Source: Patescibacteria group bacterium
GTDB taxonomy: Bacteria > Patescibacteriota > Patescibacteriia > SG8-24 > DYFX01
Direction of reading: 5' to 3'
Length of the DNA: 54,781 nucleotides
Assembly (NCBI GenBank): GCA_038062835.1
Contig: JBBTWH010000033.1
Span: 1 to 54,781, forward strand
Below are positions 24,856-33,749 of this stretch, in pieces; position 1 is the first letter of the stretch, and each line of letters starts with the position of its first letter. Position numbers and translations under genes: made by a program. A model generated the notes under the pieces. That model was given only the letters and a program-made list of their open reading frames with translations. It searched no databases and was not told where the DNA came from.

Positions 24856-24858
24856 ACG

Positions 24859-24936
24859 TGGCGGGCCAGACGGGATTCGAACCCGCGACCTTCTCCGTGA
24901 CAGGGAGACGCGCTAACCGGGCTGCGCTACTGGCCC
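24859..24936 (-). tRNA. tRNA-Asp (anticodon GTC), CCA encoded
   Basis: Manual cloverleaf. Acceptor GGGCCAG/CTGGCCC, D-arm GCGC-AGCCCGGTTA-GCGC, anticodon arm TCTCC-CTGTCAC-GGAGA, variable AGGTC, T-arm GCGGG-TTCGAAT-CCCGT, discriminator G, CCA. Confidence 0.9.
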
Positions 24937-25108
24937 ACGTCGCTTACGGACAAGCTGCCGGTCAGGCAGGCTGAGCCTGCCTTCCCTATCGCTTGTCCTT
25001 CGCTCCTCCTTCGCGTCCACGCAGGCGTGGACTTGAGGGCGGTTCAAGGTGTTTTGCGCGGTCGCGCAAAGACACGTTTTATGGGGAGGATTCGTTTTCG
25101 ACTGCCCT

Positions 25109-25137
25109 AATATAGCAGAGGTCCCTGGGGGTGGCAA
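25109..25137 (-). promoter_or_regulatory. Sigma70-type promoter about 165 nt upstream of tRNA-Asp
   Basis: Minus strand TTGCCA (25137-25132), 17-nt spacer, TATATT (25114-25109). Confidence 0.6.
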
Positions 25138-25190
25138 GGCCCCGCTGATTGATCCCCCGCCCTCAGATAGGCTCATCTGCCCTGAAACCT

Positions 25191-25216
25191 AAAACGAGGC
25201 TTTCGCCTCGTTTTTT
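25191..25216 (-). terminator. Intrinsic terminator after the thioredoxin-like / Zn-ribbon gene pair
   Basis: Stem AAAACGAGGC (25191-25200) / GCCTCGTTTT (25205-25214) with a 4-nt loop; U-rich tract on both strands. Confidence 0.8.
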
Positions 25217-25377
25217 CATTCGGCCTCCTCTTCCGCTTTCTCGCTCATGGCCTCCGGCTCGTCGACGACCGTCCCGAGTCCGCCGCATTGCGGGCAGTTC
25301 TCGGGAACGCCCGGCGGTTCCTGCTGCTGTTCGAGGCTGGGTACGACGTATTCGCAGTCCTGGCAGATCTTGGTCAT
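25216..25377 (-). CDS. 53-aa zinc-ribbon protein (not in the supplied ORF track because it is under 60 aa)
   Basis: Hand translation: MTKICQDCEYVVPSLEQQQEPPGVPENCPQCGGLGTVVDEPEAMSEKAEEEAE. Two CxxC pairs. The ATG is 1 nt after the upstream stop (TGATATG). A terminator follows directly. Confidence 0.6.
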   Translation of the reverse strand: MTKICQDCEYVVPSLEQQQEPPGVPENCPQCGGLGTVVDEPEAMSEKAEEEAE

Positions 25378-25378
25378 A

Positions 25379-25642
25379 TCATTTCCCGGTCGCCCAGGCT
25401 TTCAAGGATTCGTAATCGACCGCGCCGCAGATCTTGACGCCGGTCTCCTCGTTGACGAAGAACGGCACGCCGCCGCATCCGCCGTCCGCGTCTTGCGCGG
25501 CCCGAAGCTTCTCGTTCGCGTCGTCGTGCCAGGTCTCGAACTTCTTCACCTCGACGCCGAGTTCCTTTTCGAGCCGTTCGACGTGCTCATTCATGCGGAC
25601 GCAATGGGGACATTCCTTGCCGTAGAATTCGAGGAGGGCCAT
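25379..25642 (-). CDS. Thioredoxin/glutaredoxin-fold protein with CPHC active site
   Basis: EFYGKECPHCVRM ... GGVPFFVNEETG is typical of small thioredoxin-fold proteins. Start uncertain: ATG 25642 chosen, but the ORF extends to 25729. Confidence 0.7.
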   Translation of the reverse strand: MALLEFYGKECPHCVRMNEHVERLEKELGVEVKKFETWHDDANEKLRAAQDADGGCGGVPFFVNEETGVKICGAVDYESLKAWATGK

Positions 25643-25727
25643 GCGGATGATGCTAAGTTTCGATTCCTCCTTGACTGTAGCACGCTCGCCCGATAGGTTG
25701 GAAGCATACCACGAAAGGAGGCATCTC

Positions 25728-26225
25728 ATGGGGCTCGAGAAGCTCTTCGCACGGTTCGTCGTCCGGACCGATCCTGACGACAGGAAGCTGTACCTAAGCA
25801 GCGTCCTCTGGTCCGTCTTCCACCTGTCGCTGATGTGGCATGCCTATCTACGGCTGCACCATTCGCCCCCGTATGCCTTCGTGATCGTCCACATGGTCTT
25901 TGTCGGCGTGCTCTACGCGCTCCCGAAGGAGATCCATCGCTGGCACGACGGCTCCAAGCCGCCGTCGCCCAAGGCGGGCCACCTCCTGGTGTTGGCGTGG
26001 CTCGTCAGCATCACTTTGATGGGACTCGGCGAGCAGTTCATCGACGCCAAGGAGTACAAGATCCCGGACGGCATGACCGAGATGACCGGCTTCCTGCTCG
26101 CGACCCTCGGAGTGACGCATACGTCGAAGCAGAAGCACGCTCTCAAGCATCCGCCCTGCCCGCCCCGAGAAGAAACGTCCGACTCGGCCGCTGCTCCCCC
26201 AAAAACACCGAAGCCGCCCCAGTGA
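25728..26225 (+). CDS. Hypothetical membrane protein (about 4 TM helices; start trimmed to the SD-preceded ATG)
   Basis: AAGGAGG at 25715-25721, 6 nt before the ATG. Hydrophobic segments are present. The terminator overlaps the stop codon. Confidence 0.55.
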   Translation: MGLEKLFARFVVRTDPDDRKLYLSSVLWSVFHLSLMWHAYLRLHHSPPYAFVIVHMVFVGVLYALPKEIHRWHDGSKPPSPKAGHLLVLAWLVSITLMGLGEQFIDAKEYKIPDGMTEMTGFLLATLGVTHTSKQKHALKHPPCPPREETSDSAAAPPKTPKPPQ

Positions 26226-26239
26226 GGGCGGCCTTTTTC
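26213..26239 (+). terminator. Intrinsic terminator
   Basis: Stem GCCGCCC (26213-26219) / GGGCGGC (26226-26232) followed by CTTTTTC. Confidence 0.7.
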
Positions 26240-26251
26240 ATGCGAGACGCC

Positions 26252-27403
26252 TCATGATTTGGCGACCGGGAGGCGGACCGTGAAGGTCGTACCCTTTTCT
26301 GCGGCGCTCTTGAAGGAGATGACGCCGTTCATGCCTTCGACCAGGCGCTTGGTGATGAACAGACCGAGGCCGCTGCCTTCGACGCCGCCGGAACTCTTGG
26401 CGCGCCAGAACTTCTCGAAGAGATGATGCTGTTCCTCCTGCGGTATGCCAGGACCGTCGTCCACGACGTCATACCTCATGTACGAATCCTCGCGGGTGAT
26501 CCTGACGACGACGCTCCCGCCTTGTCGATTGTACTTCACGGCGTTCGAGAGCAGGTTTACGAGCACCTCATTGACGCGGCGCTCGTCGGCCAGCGCCATC
26601 GGCACGAGCCCATCCGGTTCTTCCAGCGAAAGACCGACCTTCTTCTTCTCGGCGATCGGCCCGAGCTCCTTGAGCGCGACCTGCGCGGCCTCGACGACGT
26701 TCACGAACTCCTTCTTGAACGGGATGCGGCGCGCATCGAGACGCGCCATGTTGAGCAGGTCCTCGACCAGCGTGGCCAGGCTCTTGCTCGCGCCCATGGC
26801 GTCTTCGAAGGACTGGCGGATCTCTTCGGACATCTTGCGGTCGGCCACGGACTCGAGACTCCAGCGGATCGAGGTCACCGGCGTCCGCAGTTCGTGAGCC
26901 GCGACGAAGAGGAATTCGTCCTTGAGCTTCAGGATGTCGTTCCGGCGCTCGATCTCCTTACGCTGGGCATCCTCCAAGGCGCGCGTGCGCTCGTGGACCT
27001 TATTCTCGAGCGACTCGCGCTCGGCTTTGAGCGCGGCGGCCATCGAGTTGAAACGTTCAGCCAGGACTTCCAGTTCGTCGCCAGTCCTCACCTCGAGCTT
27101 GAGGTCGAGATCGCCTCGCATGATCTGTTCGGTGCCGCGCGTCAGCTCGGAAACCGGGCTGAAGATGCGTGTGATGACCATGTACGTCAAGTAACCGGCC
27201 AAGACCAGCGAGGCGATCAACACGACGGCTACCAGGTTCTGCCGGCTCAGGTTGAGAGCGCGCTCGAGCGCCTGCTCATCAAGGATGAGGTTCGTGACGA
27301 TGGTGTACGCCACGATCATCAGGATCTCGAAGAAGATGACCATGAAGGCCACTTTCAGCCCGACATTGATGCGGATGCGCCGCGATCGCGCCTTCGTATC
27401 CAT
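26252..27403 (-). CDS. Membrane sensor histidine kinase (TM-HAMP-HisKA-HATPase), no cognate response regulator in the window
   Basis: H-box FVAAHELRTPVTSI, N-box LLSNAVKY, DDGPGIP, GSGLGLFI. HAMP-like RGDLDLKLEVRTGDELEVLAERFNSMA. Start trimmed to ATG 27403. Confidence 0.85.
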   Translation of the reverse strand: MDTKARSRRIRINVGLKVAFMVIFFEILMIVAYTIVTNLILDEQALERALNLSRQNLVAVVLIASLVLAGYLTYMVITRIFSPVSELTRGTEQIMRGDLDLKLEVRTGDELEVLAERFNSMAAALKAERESLENKVHERTRALEDAQRKEIERRNDILKLKDEFLFVAAHELRTPVTSIRWSLESVADRKMSEEIRQSFEDAMGASKSLATLVEDLLNMARLDARRIPFKKEFVNVVEAAQVALKELGPIAEKKKVGLSLEEPDGLVPMALADERRVNEVLVNLLSNAVKYNRQGGSVVVRITREDSYMRYDVVDDGPGIPQEEQHHLFEKFWRAKSSGGVEGSGLGLFITKRLVEGMNGVISFKSAAEKGTTFTVRLPVAKS

Positions 27404-27422
27404 ACTCCTTGCAGTATAGCAC

Positions 27423-28865
27423 CTATCGGACCTCGCGGATCTCGACGCGGTCGGCCAGCGCGCCGTCGGGGTCGCCGCCGACCACCACGACCTTGTCTCC
27501 CGACGCAATCATGCCAAGACGCCGCGCTTCGGCGACGGCGGAAACGAAGAACGCTTCGACGTCCGTCGCACGATCCAGCAAGACGGGCAAGATGCCCCAG
27601 GAGAGGCAGAGCTGGCGCCTGACCCGGGCGTCATCGGTCGCGACCAGCACGGGCGGCTCGGGACGGAAGCGGCTGACGCTGCGGCCGAGATCGCCAAGCG
27701 CGGAGGCGACCATGATGAGCTTCACGTCGACGTCGCGCACGAGCACGTTGGCGATTTCAGAGACGGCCTCCTCGACGGAGCGGGCATCCCCTCGCCGATG
27801 CGTCACGTCAAGGTCGTCGAGGATCGAGGCTTCCGTCTCGCGGATTATCCTCGCCATGGTCGCGACGGCTTCGACGGGATACTTGCCGCTCGCGCTCTCC
27901 CCCGACAGCATCACGGCGTCCGCATGGTCGATGACGGCGTTGGCGACGTCCGAAACCTCCGCGCGCGTCGGACGAGGATTGCGGATCATCGAATCGAGCA
28001 TCTGGGTGGCGACGATGACCGGCTTGGCGACGTCGCGGCAGGCGTCGATGAGGCGCTTCTGCGCTATCGGCACGGCGGCGGCGTCCGTCTCGATGCCGAG
28101 GTCGCCGCGCGCGACCATGACGGCGTCGACCGCCTCGATGATCTCGGCGAGGTTCTCGAGCGCTTCGCGTTTCTCGATCTTGGCGATGACGCCGATCGGT
28201 GCCTCATGCTTCCGTTCGAAGCCGGGCATGGCCTCCGCTTGCGAGATCAGGCCGCGCAAGTCGCCGATTTCCTTGGCGGAACGGACGAACGAAAGCGCGA
28301 TGAAATCGACGTGCTGTCCGACGCCGAACACGACGTCGGCCTTGTCCTTCTCGGTGATCGGAGAGACGGTCAGGCGCGAATCGGGGAAGTTCACGCCCTT
28401 GTGGGAAGTCAGGACGCCGCCGTCGATCATCTCGCAGACGACATCGCGGCCCTTCACCTCGATGACCTTGGCCGACAGGAGTCCGTCGTCGAGCAGGATG
28501 CGTTCACCGGCTTTCACGTCCTCGTGGAGCTTCTCATACGTCACCGGCAGCTTGAGCGCGGCGATGTCGGCTTCGCCTGTCGTGAAGACGACGCGCGCGC
28601 CGTTCGCGATCGTCACGCCCTCCTTCGGCAGGTCGCCGACGCGGATCTTCGGACCCTGGAGATCCTGGAGGATGGCGACGGGGATGCCCAGCTCGTCGGA
28701 AACGGAGCGGATCTTGCGGATCAGCTCCGTATGGTCTTCGTAGGTGCCGTGCGAGAAATTGAGCCGGGCGACGTTCATGCCGGAGGCGACGAGTCGGCGC
28801 AGGGTCTCGGGTGCCGCGGAGGCCGGACCGATGGTGCAGACGATCTTGGTGCGTTTGAAATCCAT
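27423..28865 (-). CDS. pyk: Pyruvate kinase
   Basis: 480 aa. TKIVCTIGPAS, NFSHG, MVARGDLG and ATQMLDSM blocks. Confidence 0.9.
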   Translation of the reverse strand: MDFKRTKIVCTIGPASAAPETLRRLVASGMNVARLNFSHGTYEDHTELIRKIRSVSDELGIPVAILQDLQGPKIRVGDLPKEGVTIANGARVVFTTGEADIAALKLPVTYEKLHEDVKAGERILLDDGLLSAKVIEVKGRDVVCEMIDGGVLTSHKGVNFPDSRLTVSPITEKDKADVVFGVGQHVDFIALSFVRSAKEIGDLRGLISQAEAMPGFERKHEAPIGVIAKIEKREALENLAEIIEAVDAVMVARGDLGIETDAAAVPIAQKRLIDACRDVAKPVIVATQMLDSMIRNPRPTRAEVSDVANAVIDHADAVMLSGESASGKYPVEAVATMARIIRETEASILDDLDVTHRRGDARSVEEAVSEIANVLVRDVDVKLIMVASALGDLGRSVSRFRPEPPVLVATDDARVRRQLCLSWGILPVLLDRATDVEAFFVSAVAEARRLGMIASGDKVVVVGGDPDGALADRVEIREVR

Positions 28866-28873
28866 GGGGTCGT

Positions 28874-30100
28874 TTATGGCGCGGATGGTAATTCGGCGAG
28901 CGTCGCCTGGACGGACATCTCGGTCGTCTCGCGCAGGAGGCGGATCGCGACGCGGTCGCCGACGCGTTTACCGGCGATGACGCTTCCGAGCGGACGTTCG
29001 CGTCCGAGCCGGATGCCGTCGACTTCCAGCAGGACGTCTCCGGACTTGAGGTCAGCCTTTTCCGCGGGTGAACCGGACGCGATCGCGACGCCCTCCCCTT
29101 CGACGCCGCCGACGATCAGCGCGCCCTCCGACGCGAGGCTGTCGGCTTTGGCGCTCTCCGGCGTCAGCATGACGTAGCGGACGCCGAGCCACGGGCGCAC
29201 GATGCGGCCGTGCGCTTTGTAGCTGTCGATGACGACTTTGACGGCGTCGATCGGGATGGCGAAACCGATGGACTGACCCGTGCGGTTGACCGCCGTGTTG
29301 ATGCCGATGACCTCGCCGCGCAGGTCGACGAGCGGACCGCCCGAGTTTCCGGGATTGATGGCCGCGTCGGTCTGGATGGCTTCCTCGATCACCTCCGCGT
29401 CGCCGTAACCGTCGCCCGCGATGACGCGCCGGTTGATGCCTGAGATGACGCCTTTCGTGACGCTGTTGCTGTATTCGGAAAGCGCGTTGCCGATGGCGAT
29501 GACCGTCTCGCCCGCTTCGAGCTTCGAGGCGTCGCCCAGCGGAGCCACGGGCAGACCCTGCGCCTCGACCTTCAGCAGCGCGATGTCGAGGACGGCATCG
29601 ATGGCGGCGACCTTGGCCGACAGGCGGCGTCCGTCCGACATCACGGCCTCGTATTCCGCCTCGACGTCGGCCACGACATGGCGGTTGGTGACGATAAGAC
29701 CGTCGGACGAGATGATGAAGCCTGTGCCTCCGCTGATCTGCCGTTTCTGCCCCTGCTTCGGAGCCTGCGGCCGGGGGAGTTCCAAACCGAAGGACTGCTC
29801 GAACGGGAAGGCTCCGGTACTGCCGTACATCTTGGCGACGTCCTTGGTGGCGATGATGCTGACGACGGAGGGCGAGACCTCGCGCACGGCGTCGATGACC
29901 TGGCGATCCTCGGCGGAGACGGGCGCGGGCCGGTCTGACGCCGCCGCTGGCGTCTCGCGCCAGGGATAATATTCTGAGTTCAGCGAGACGGCGAACAGGA
30001 GGCCGAATGCCGCGCCTGAAAAGCTGCCGAGCAGGAAACTGGCGACGATGACGTACGCCAGCGAGCGGCGCGTCGGTTGTGTTGCGGCCATCTCCTCCAT
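28874..30100 (-). CDS. htrA: HtrA/DegP-family serine protease with PDZ domain, N-terminal membrane anchor
   Basis: 408 aa. Catalytic motifs TNRHV, DIALLK and GNSGGPL. C-terminal PDZ-like GDVLLEVDG. Confidence 0.85.
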   Translation of the reverse strand: MEEMAATQPTRRSLAYVIVASFLLGSFSGAAFGLLFAVSLNSEYYPWRETPAAASDRPAPVSAEDRQVIDAVREVSPSVVSIIATKDVAKMYGSTGAFPFEQSFGLELPRPQAPKQGQKRQISGGTGFIISSDGLIVTNRHVVADVEAEYEAVMSDGRRLSAKVAAIDAVLDIALLKVEAQGLPVAPLGDASKLEAGETVIAIGNALSEYSNSVTKGVISGINRRVIAGDGYGDAEVIEEAIQTDAAINPGNSGGPLVDLRGEVIGINTAVNRTGQSIGFAIPIDAVKVVIDSYKAHGRIVRPWLGVRYVMLTPESAKADSLASEGALIVGGVEGEGVAIASGSPAEKADLKSGDVLLEVDGIRLGRERPLGSVIAGKRVGDRVAIRLLRETTEMSVQATLAELPSAP

Positions 30101-30112
30101 ACTTCGACCACT

Positions 30113-30610
30113 CTAGCGCTTCTTCTTGCTCTTGGCTTTGGACTTGGGTCTCGCCGCCGCCGTCCTGGAAAGATGCTCAAGGGCTTCCTGGAACGTCTTC
30201 ACGTCCTCGAAGGAGCGGTAGACGGACGCGAAGCGGATGTAGGCCACGGTATCGATATGCTTCAGGCGGTTCATGACGATCTCGCCGACCTCGCGCGTCG
30301 TGACTTCGTTCTTCTTACGACGCTGAAGATCGCGTTCCACCTGATTGACCAGCTCGTGGAACGTCTCAGCGGTGATGGGGCGCTTCTGCAGAGCCTTGCG
30401 GAGGCCGCCTTCCAGCTTCTCGCGCATGTAAGCCTCGCGGCGTCCATCGCGTTTGATGACGGTCAGGTCGAGGATTTCCGCCTCCTCGACGGTCGAGAAA
30501 CGAAACTGGCACTTCAGGCATTGGCGGCGACGCCGAATCCCCATCCCGCCCTGAGAAAGACGGGAGTCTACGACTTTCGTGTCCTTGTAGTTGCAGGCGA
30601 CGCAGCGCAT
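30113..30610 (-). CDS. nrdR: NrdR transcriptional repressor (Zn ribbon + ATP-cone)
   Basis: MRCVACNYKDTKVVDSR...RRRRQCLKCQFRFSTVE, then an ATP-cone (VIKRDGRREAY..). Lys-rich tail. Confidence 0.9.
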   Translation of the reverse strand: MRCVACNYKDTKVVDSRLSQGGMGIRRRRQCLKCQFRFSTVEEAEILDLTVIKRDGRREAYMREKLEGGLRKALQKRPITAETFHELVNQVERDLQRRKKNEVTTREVGEIVMNRLKHIDTVAYIRFASVYRSFEDVKTFQEALEHLSRTAAARPKSKAKSKKKR

Positions 30611-30722
30611 GTTCGCTTTCCGGCCTCGCTGCCGCTCGGAGCCGCTCCGCGGTCCTCGCTCTCGCGAGGCCGCCGCTCACTCTTCGCGGCTGGGCAGGCC
30701 CAGCCTTGATGGCAGTTCATGG

Positions 30723-30744
30723 TTCCGGCGCGGTCGCGCCGGAA
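30723..30744 (-). other. GC-rich hairpin directly downstream of ftsZ (no U-run; possible 3' stabilizer or weak terminator)
   Basis: TTCCGGCGCG-GT-CGCGCCGGAA, a 10-bp perfect stem 8 nt after the ftsZ stop. Confidence 0.4.
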
Positions 30745-30751
30745 TCCTTCT

Positions 30752-32008
30752 TTAAAGCATCTTCTTCCGGATGAAAGCGGGTATGTCGAGCTCCTCTTCT
30801 TCGATGGCGTTCGGCGCGGCCGTAGCCGCCTGGCGGAAACGGGCCGCCTGAGGTTCCGGCTCCAACGATTTGATGCGGCGAGGCATATTGGCCTGCGGCT
30901 GGGTCACCGTCTGCTTCGACGCTTCCATAAGCGGTTTCGCGTACGAACCCGCCTGAAACAGGCTGGAGGACGGCTTTTCCGCCGGTTTTGGGGCGACATT
31001 CAAGGAGCCGGCTGAAAGGACGCTCTTCATCGAAGACGTCATCGATGACCGGGGTTGGCCGTCGAAACCAGTGGCGACGACAGTGACCTTGATCTCGTCT
31101 CGCATCGTCTCGTCGATGGTCGCTCCGAAAATGACCTTCACGTCGGCATCGGCGTTCTTGGTGATGACGTCGGCCACGTCGGCGACTTCTTTCATTCCCA
31201 AATCGGCGCCGCCCGTGACGTTGAAGAGGATCCCACGGGCGCCGTCGATGGCGACCTCGAGCAAGGGGCTCGCGATAGCCTGCTTGGCGGCATCCGTAGC
31301 GCGATTCTCGCCGGAAGCGCGGCCGATGCCCATGAGGGCCGAGCCCTGGCCGAGCATGATGGTCTTCACGTCGGCGAAGTCGACGTTGATGAGTCCGGGG
31401 ACGGTGATGAGCTCGCTGATGCCTTGGACGCCCTGGCGCAGGACATCATCGATGACCTTGAAGGCGTCGAGCATCGAGGTCTTCTTGTCGATCAGGCCGA
31501 GCACGCGGTCGTTCGGGATGGTGATGATGGTGTCGAGCCGCTCCTTGAGTTCCTTGTAGCCGGCCTCGGCCACGTCCCGGCGCTTGGCGCCTTCGAACGT
31601 GAACGGCCGCGTGACGACGGCGACGGTGAGCGCGCCGAGGTCTCGGGCGATTTCAGCGACGACGGGACCGGCACCGGTGCCGGTTCCTCCGCCGAGGCCG
31701 CAGGTCACGAAGACCATATCCGCGTCCTTGAGGGCTTCGCGGATCTCGTTGGCGCTCTCTTCGGCGGCGCGCTTGCCCATTTCAGGATCCATGCCGGCAC
31801 CGAGGCCGCGCGTGACGGTCTTGCCGATGTGCAGCTTGACCGGGGCGTGCGAGTGGTGCAGCGCCTGGACATCCGTGTTGATGGCGATGAACTCGACCCC
31901 CCTGATCTTGGAGGTGATCATGCGATTGACGGCCGAGTTGCCGGAGCCGCCGACGCCGACGACTTTGATCTTCGCGAACGTCTCGACTGCGGGTTTGACT
32001 TCGCCCAT
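30752..32008 (-). CDS. ftsZ: Cell division protein FtsZ
   Basis: [17 protein letters not shown] and [16 protein letters not shown] tubulin signature, with a long C-terminal linker and terminal DIPAFIRKK peptide. Start uncertain: ATG 32008 chosen over the TTG at 32044. Confidence 0.9.
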   Translation of the reverse strand: MGEVKPAVETFAKIKVVGVGGSGNSAVNRMITSKIRGVEFIAINTDVQALHHSHAPVKLHIGKTVTRGLGAGMDPEMGKRAAEESANEIREALKDADMVFVTCGLGGGTGTGAGPVVAEIARDLGALTVAVVTRPFTFEGAKRRDVAEAGYKELKERLDTIITIPNDRVLGLIDKKTSMLDAFKVIDDVLRQGVQGISELITVPGLINVDFADVKTIMLGQGSALMGIGRASGENRATDAAKQAIASPLLEVAIDGARGILFNVTGGADLGMKEVADVADVITKNADADVKVIFGATIDETMRDEIKVTVVATGFDGQPRSSMTSSMKSVLSAGSLNVAPKPAEKPSSSLFQAGSYAKPLMEASKQTVTQPQANMPRRIKSLEPEPQAARFRQAATAAPNAIEEEELDIPAFIRKKML

Positions 32009-32115
32009 ACGGTGCGCGCGTGCGGTTAGGTGTCTTCCATGCAAGCGTACTAAAAAAACGACCTTCCTTCAACGGTCGCTGAACACGTCCATTGTTCACT
32101 TTATCCCCGTCAGGA

Positions 32116-33375
32116 TCAGGGCAAGAGCGACTTGATGAGCCTCTTGATATGGTTGCCGATCCGCGGTCCGCCGAGCTTGCTGACGAGTCCGCCGCGCCCG
32201 CCGCCGTTTTCCGAAAGATGGTGGCCCCAAAGCACCAGTCCGACGGCCGTCGAGAAGGCGATGTCGTTGGTGCGGTCGGTGATGCTGGAGACGTTGACCG
32301 GGTAGCCGAGCGAGGCCGGAAGGCGGAGTTCCGTCTTGGCCATGTCGACCAGGCCGTTCAGCTTCGCTCCCCCGCCGGTCAGGATGATGCCTGCCGGGAG
32401 CCTGCCGCTCCGATCGATCTTCTTCAGCTCCTTGTCGATCTTGCCGAAGATCTCCTCGACGCGCGCTTCGATGATCTCGGCCACGAACTTTTTGGAGACG
32501 ATCTCGTCCTCTTCCGCGCCGAGGTCGGCAAGACGGATATCCTCTTTCTTCACGTCGCGTGACGAAGCGAGCCCGTGCTCGACCTTCACGCGTTCAGCGA
32601 CCTCGATGGAAGTACGCAGGCCGATGGCGATGTCGGAGGTGATGTGGTCGCTGCCGATGGGAAGGACGACGGTGCGGAGCGCGTCGCCTTCCTCGAAGAC
32701 TGCCAGCGAGGTCGTCGATCCTCCGATAGACGCGACGGCGACGCCGAGCTCCTTCTGACGCTGGGTGGCGACCGCGTCGGCGGCGGCCAGGATGCCGAGA
32801 ACGACGTCGTCGATCTCGATGCCGGTGCGATAGACGCACTTGGTGAGGTTCTTGAGCTGGGAGGACAGGCTTTGGATGATCTGCGCGTCGACTTCAAGAC
32901 GGATGCCGGTCATGCCGACCGGATCCTTGATGCCGGACTGGCCGTCGACGATGAAGCTCTTGGGCAGGACGTGGAGGATCTCGTAATTCAAAGGCGTCGC
33001 TACGGTGCGGGCGGCCTCGAGCGCGCGATCGACGTCTTCCTCGCGGACCTCGCCGTCGGAACGAGAGACGGCCACGACGCCCTTGGATTCCTGGGAGACG
33101 ATATGGCTGCCGGAGATCCCGACGAAGGCGCGATCGATCTGGACCCCCGTCATGCGCTCGACCTTCTCGAGGCAGGTGGATACGGAAGAGATCGCGTCTT
33201 CGATGGACGTGATGACGCCTTTGCTGACGCCGATGGAGGGAGCCTCCGCCGCGCCGATGATCTGGATGGCCTCGCGCCCCGAACCCGAAGACGAGCGCTG
33301 TCCGACGGCGACGCGCACCGACGTGGAGCCGATGTCGAGCCCGGTGATGATGTCGCTGGCGGAAGACTTGGCCAT
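32116..33375 (-). CDS. ftsA: Cell division protein FtsA
   Basis: 419 aa, actin-fold. GLDIGSTSVRVAV and GGGAKLNGLVDMAK motifs. Directly upstream of ftsZ. Confidence 0.9.
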   Translation of the reverse strand: MAKSSASDIITGLDIGSTSVRVAVGQRSSSGSGREAIQIIGAAEAPSIGVSKGVITSIEDAISSVSTCLEKVERMTGVQIDRAFVGISGSHIVSQESKGVVAVSRSDGEVREEDVDRALEAARTVATPLNYEILHVLPKSFIVDGQSGIKDPVGMTGIRLEVDAQIIQSLSSQLKNLTKCVYRTGIEIDDVVLGILAAADAVATQRQKELGVAVASIGGSTTSLAVFEEGDALRTVVLPIGSDHITSDIAIGLRTSIEVAERVKVEHGLASSRDVKKEDIRLADLGAEEDEIVSKKFVAEIIEARVEEIFGKIDKELKKIDRSGRLPAGIILTGGGAKLNGLVDMAKTELRLPASLGYPVNVSSITDRTNDIAFSTAVGLVLWGHHLSENGGGRGGLVSKLGGPRIGNHIKRLIKSLLP

Positions 33376-33383
33376 TGGGACGG

Positions 33384-33749
33384 TTAGAAGGTTTCTGCCA
33401 CGTGCGGCCAGAACACCAAGATGCCGACGACGAGCGCGCCGATCGAACAGACGAGCACGGCGCCCGCCATCATGTCCTTGATCTGTTCCGCGTACGCGTG
33501 GATGCGCGGCTTGAACAGGTCGACGAGGCGTTCGACGGCGCCGTTCAGCAATTCTAGCACGAGCGTAAAGGCGGCCACAACGACGATGAGGGCCGTTTCT
33601 CCCCTGCTGAGTTCGAAGACGAAGACCAGGGCGGCCACGACGAAAGCCGCGAGAATCTGCAGGCGGAAACTCTGCTCCTCCTTGGCCAGGGTCGCGATGC
33701 CGTTCCAGGCGAATTTCAGGCTGCGGGCGAATCGGCGCGGGTCAAGCAT
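33384..33749 (-). CDS. dgkA: Diacylglycerol/undecaprenol kinase (DgkA family)
   Basis: 121 aa, 3 TM. Conserved LVLELLNGAVERLVD and KDMMAGAVL blocks. Confidence 0.8.
   Translation of the reverse strand: MLDPRRFARSLKFAWNGIATLAKEEQSFRLQILAAFVVAALVFVFELSRGETALIVVVAAFTLVLELLNGAVERLVDLFKPRIHAYAEQIKDMMAGAVLVCSIGALVVGILVFWPHVAETF

Noticed and set aside
30611-30751. NrdR box or other operator in the ftsZ-nrdR intergenic region
   Set aside because: I could not find the AT-rich 16-bp palindromic NrdR box pattern. The region is GC-rich with only generic hairpins, so no regulatory call was made beyond the post-ftsZ hairpin.
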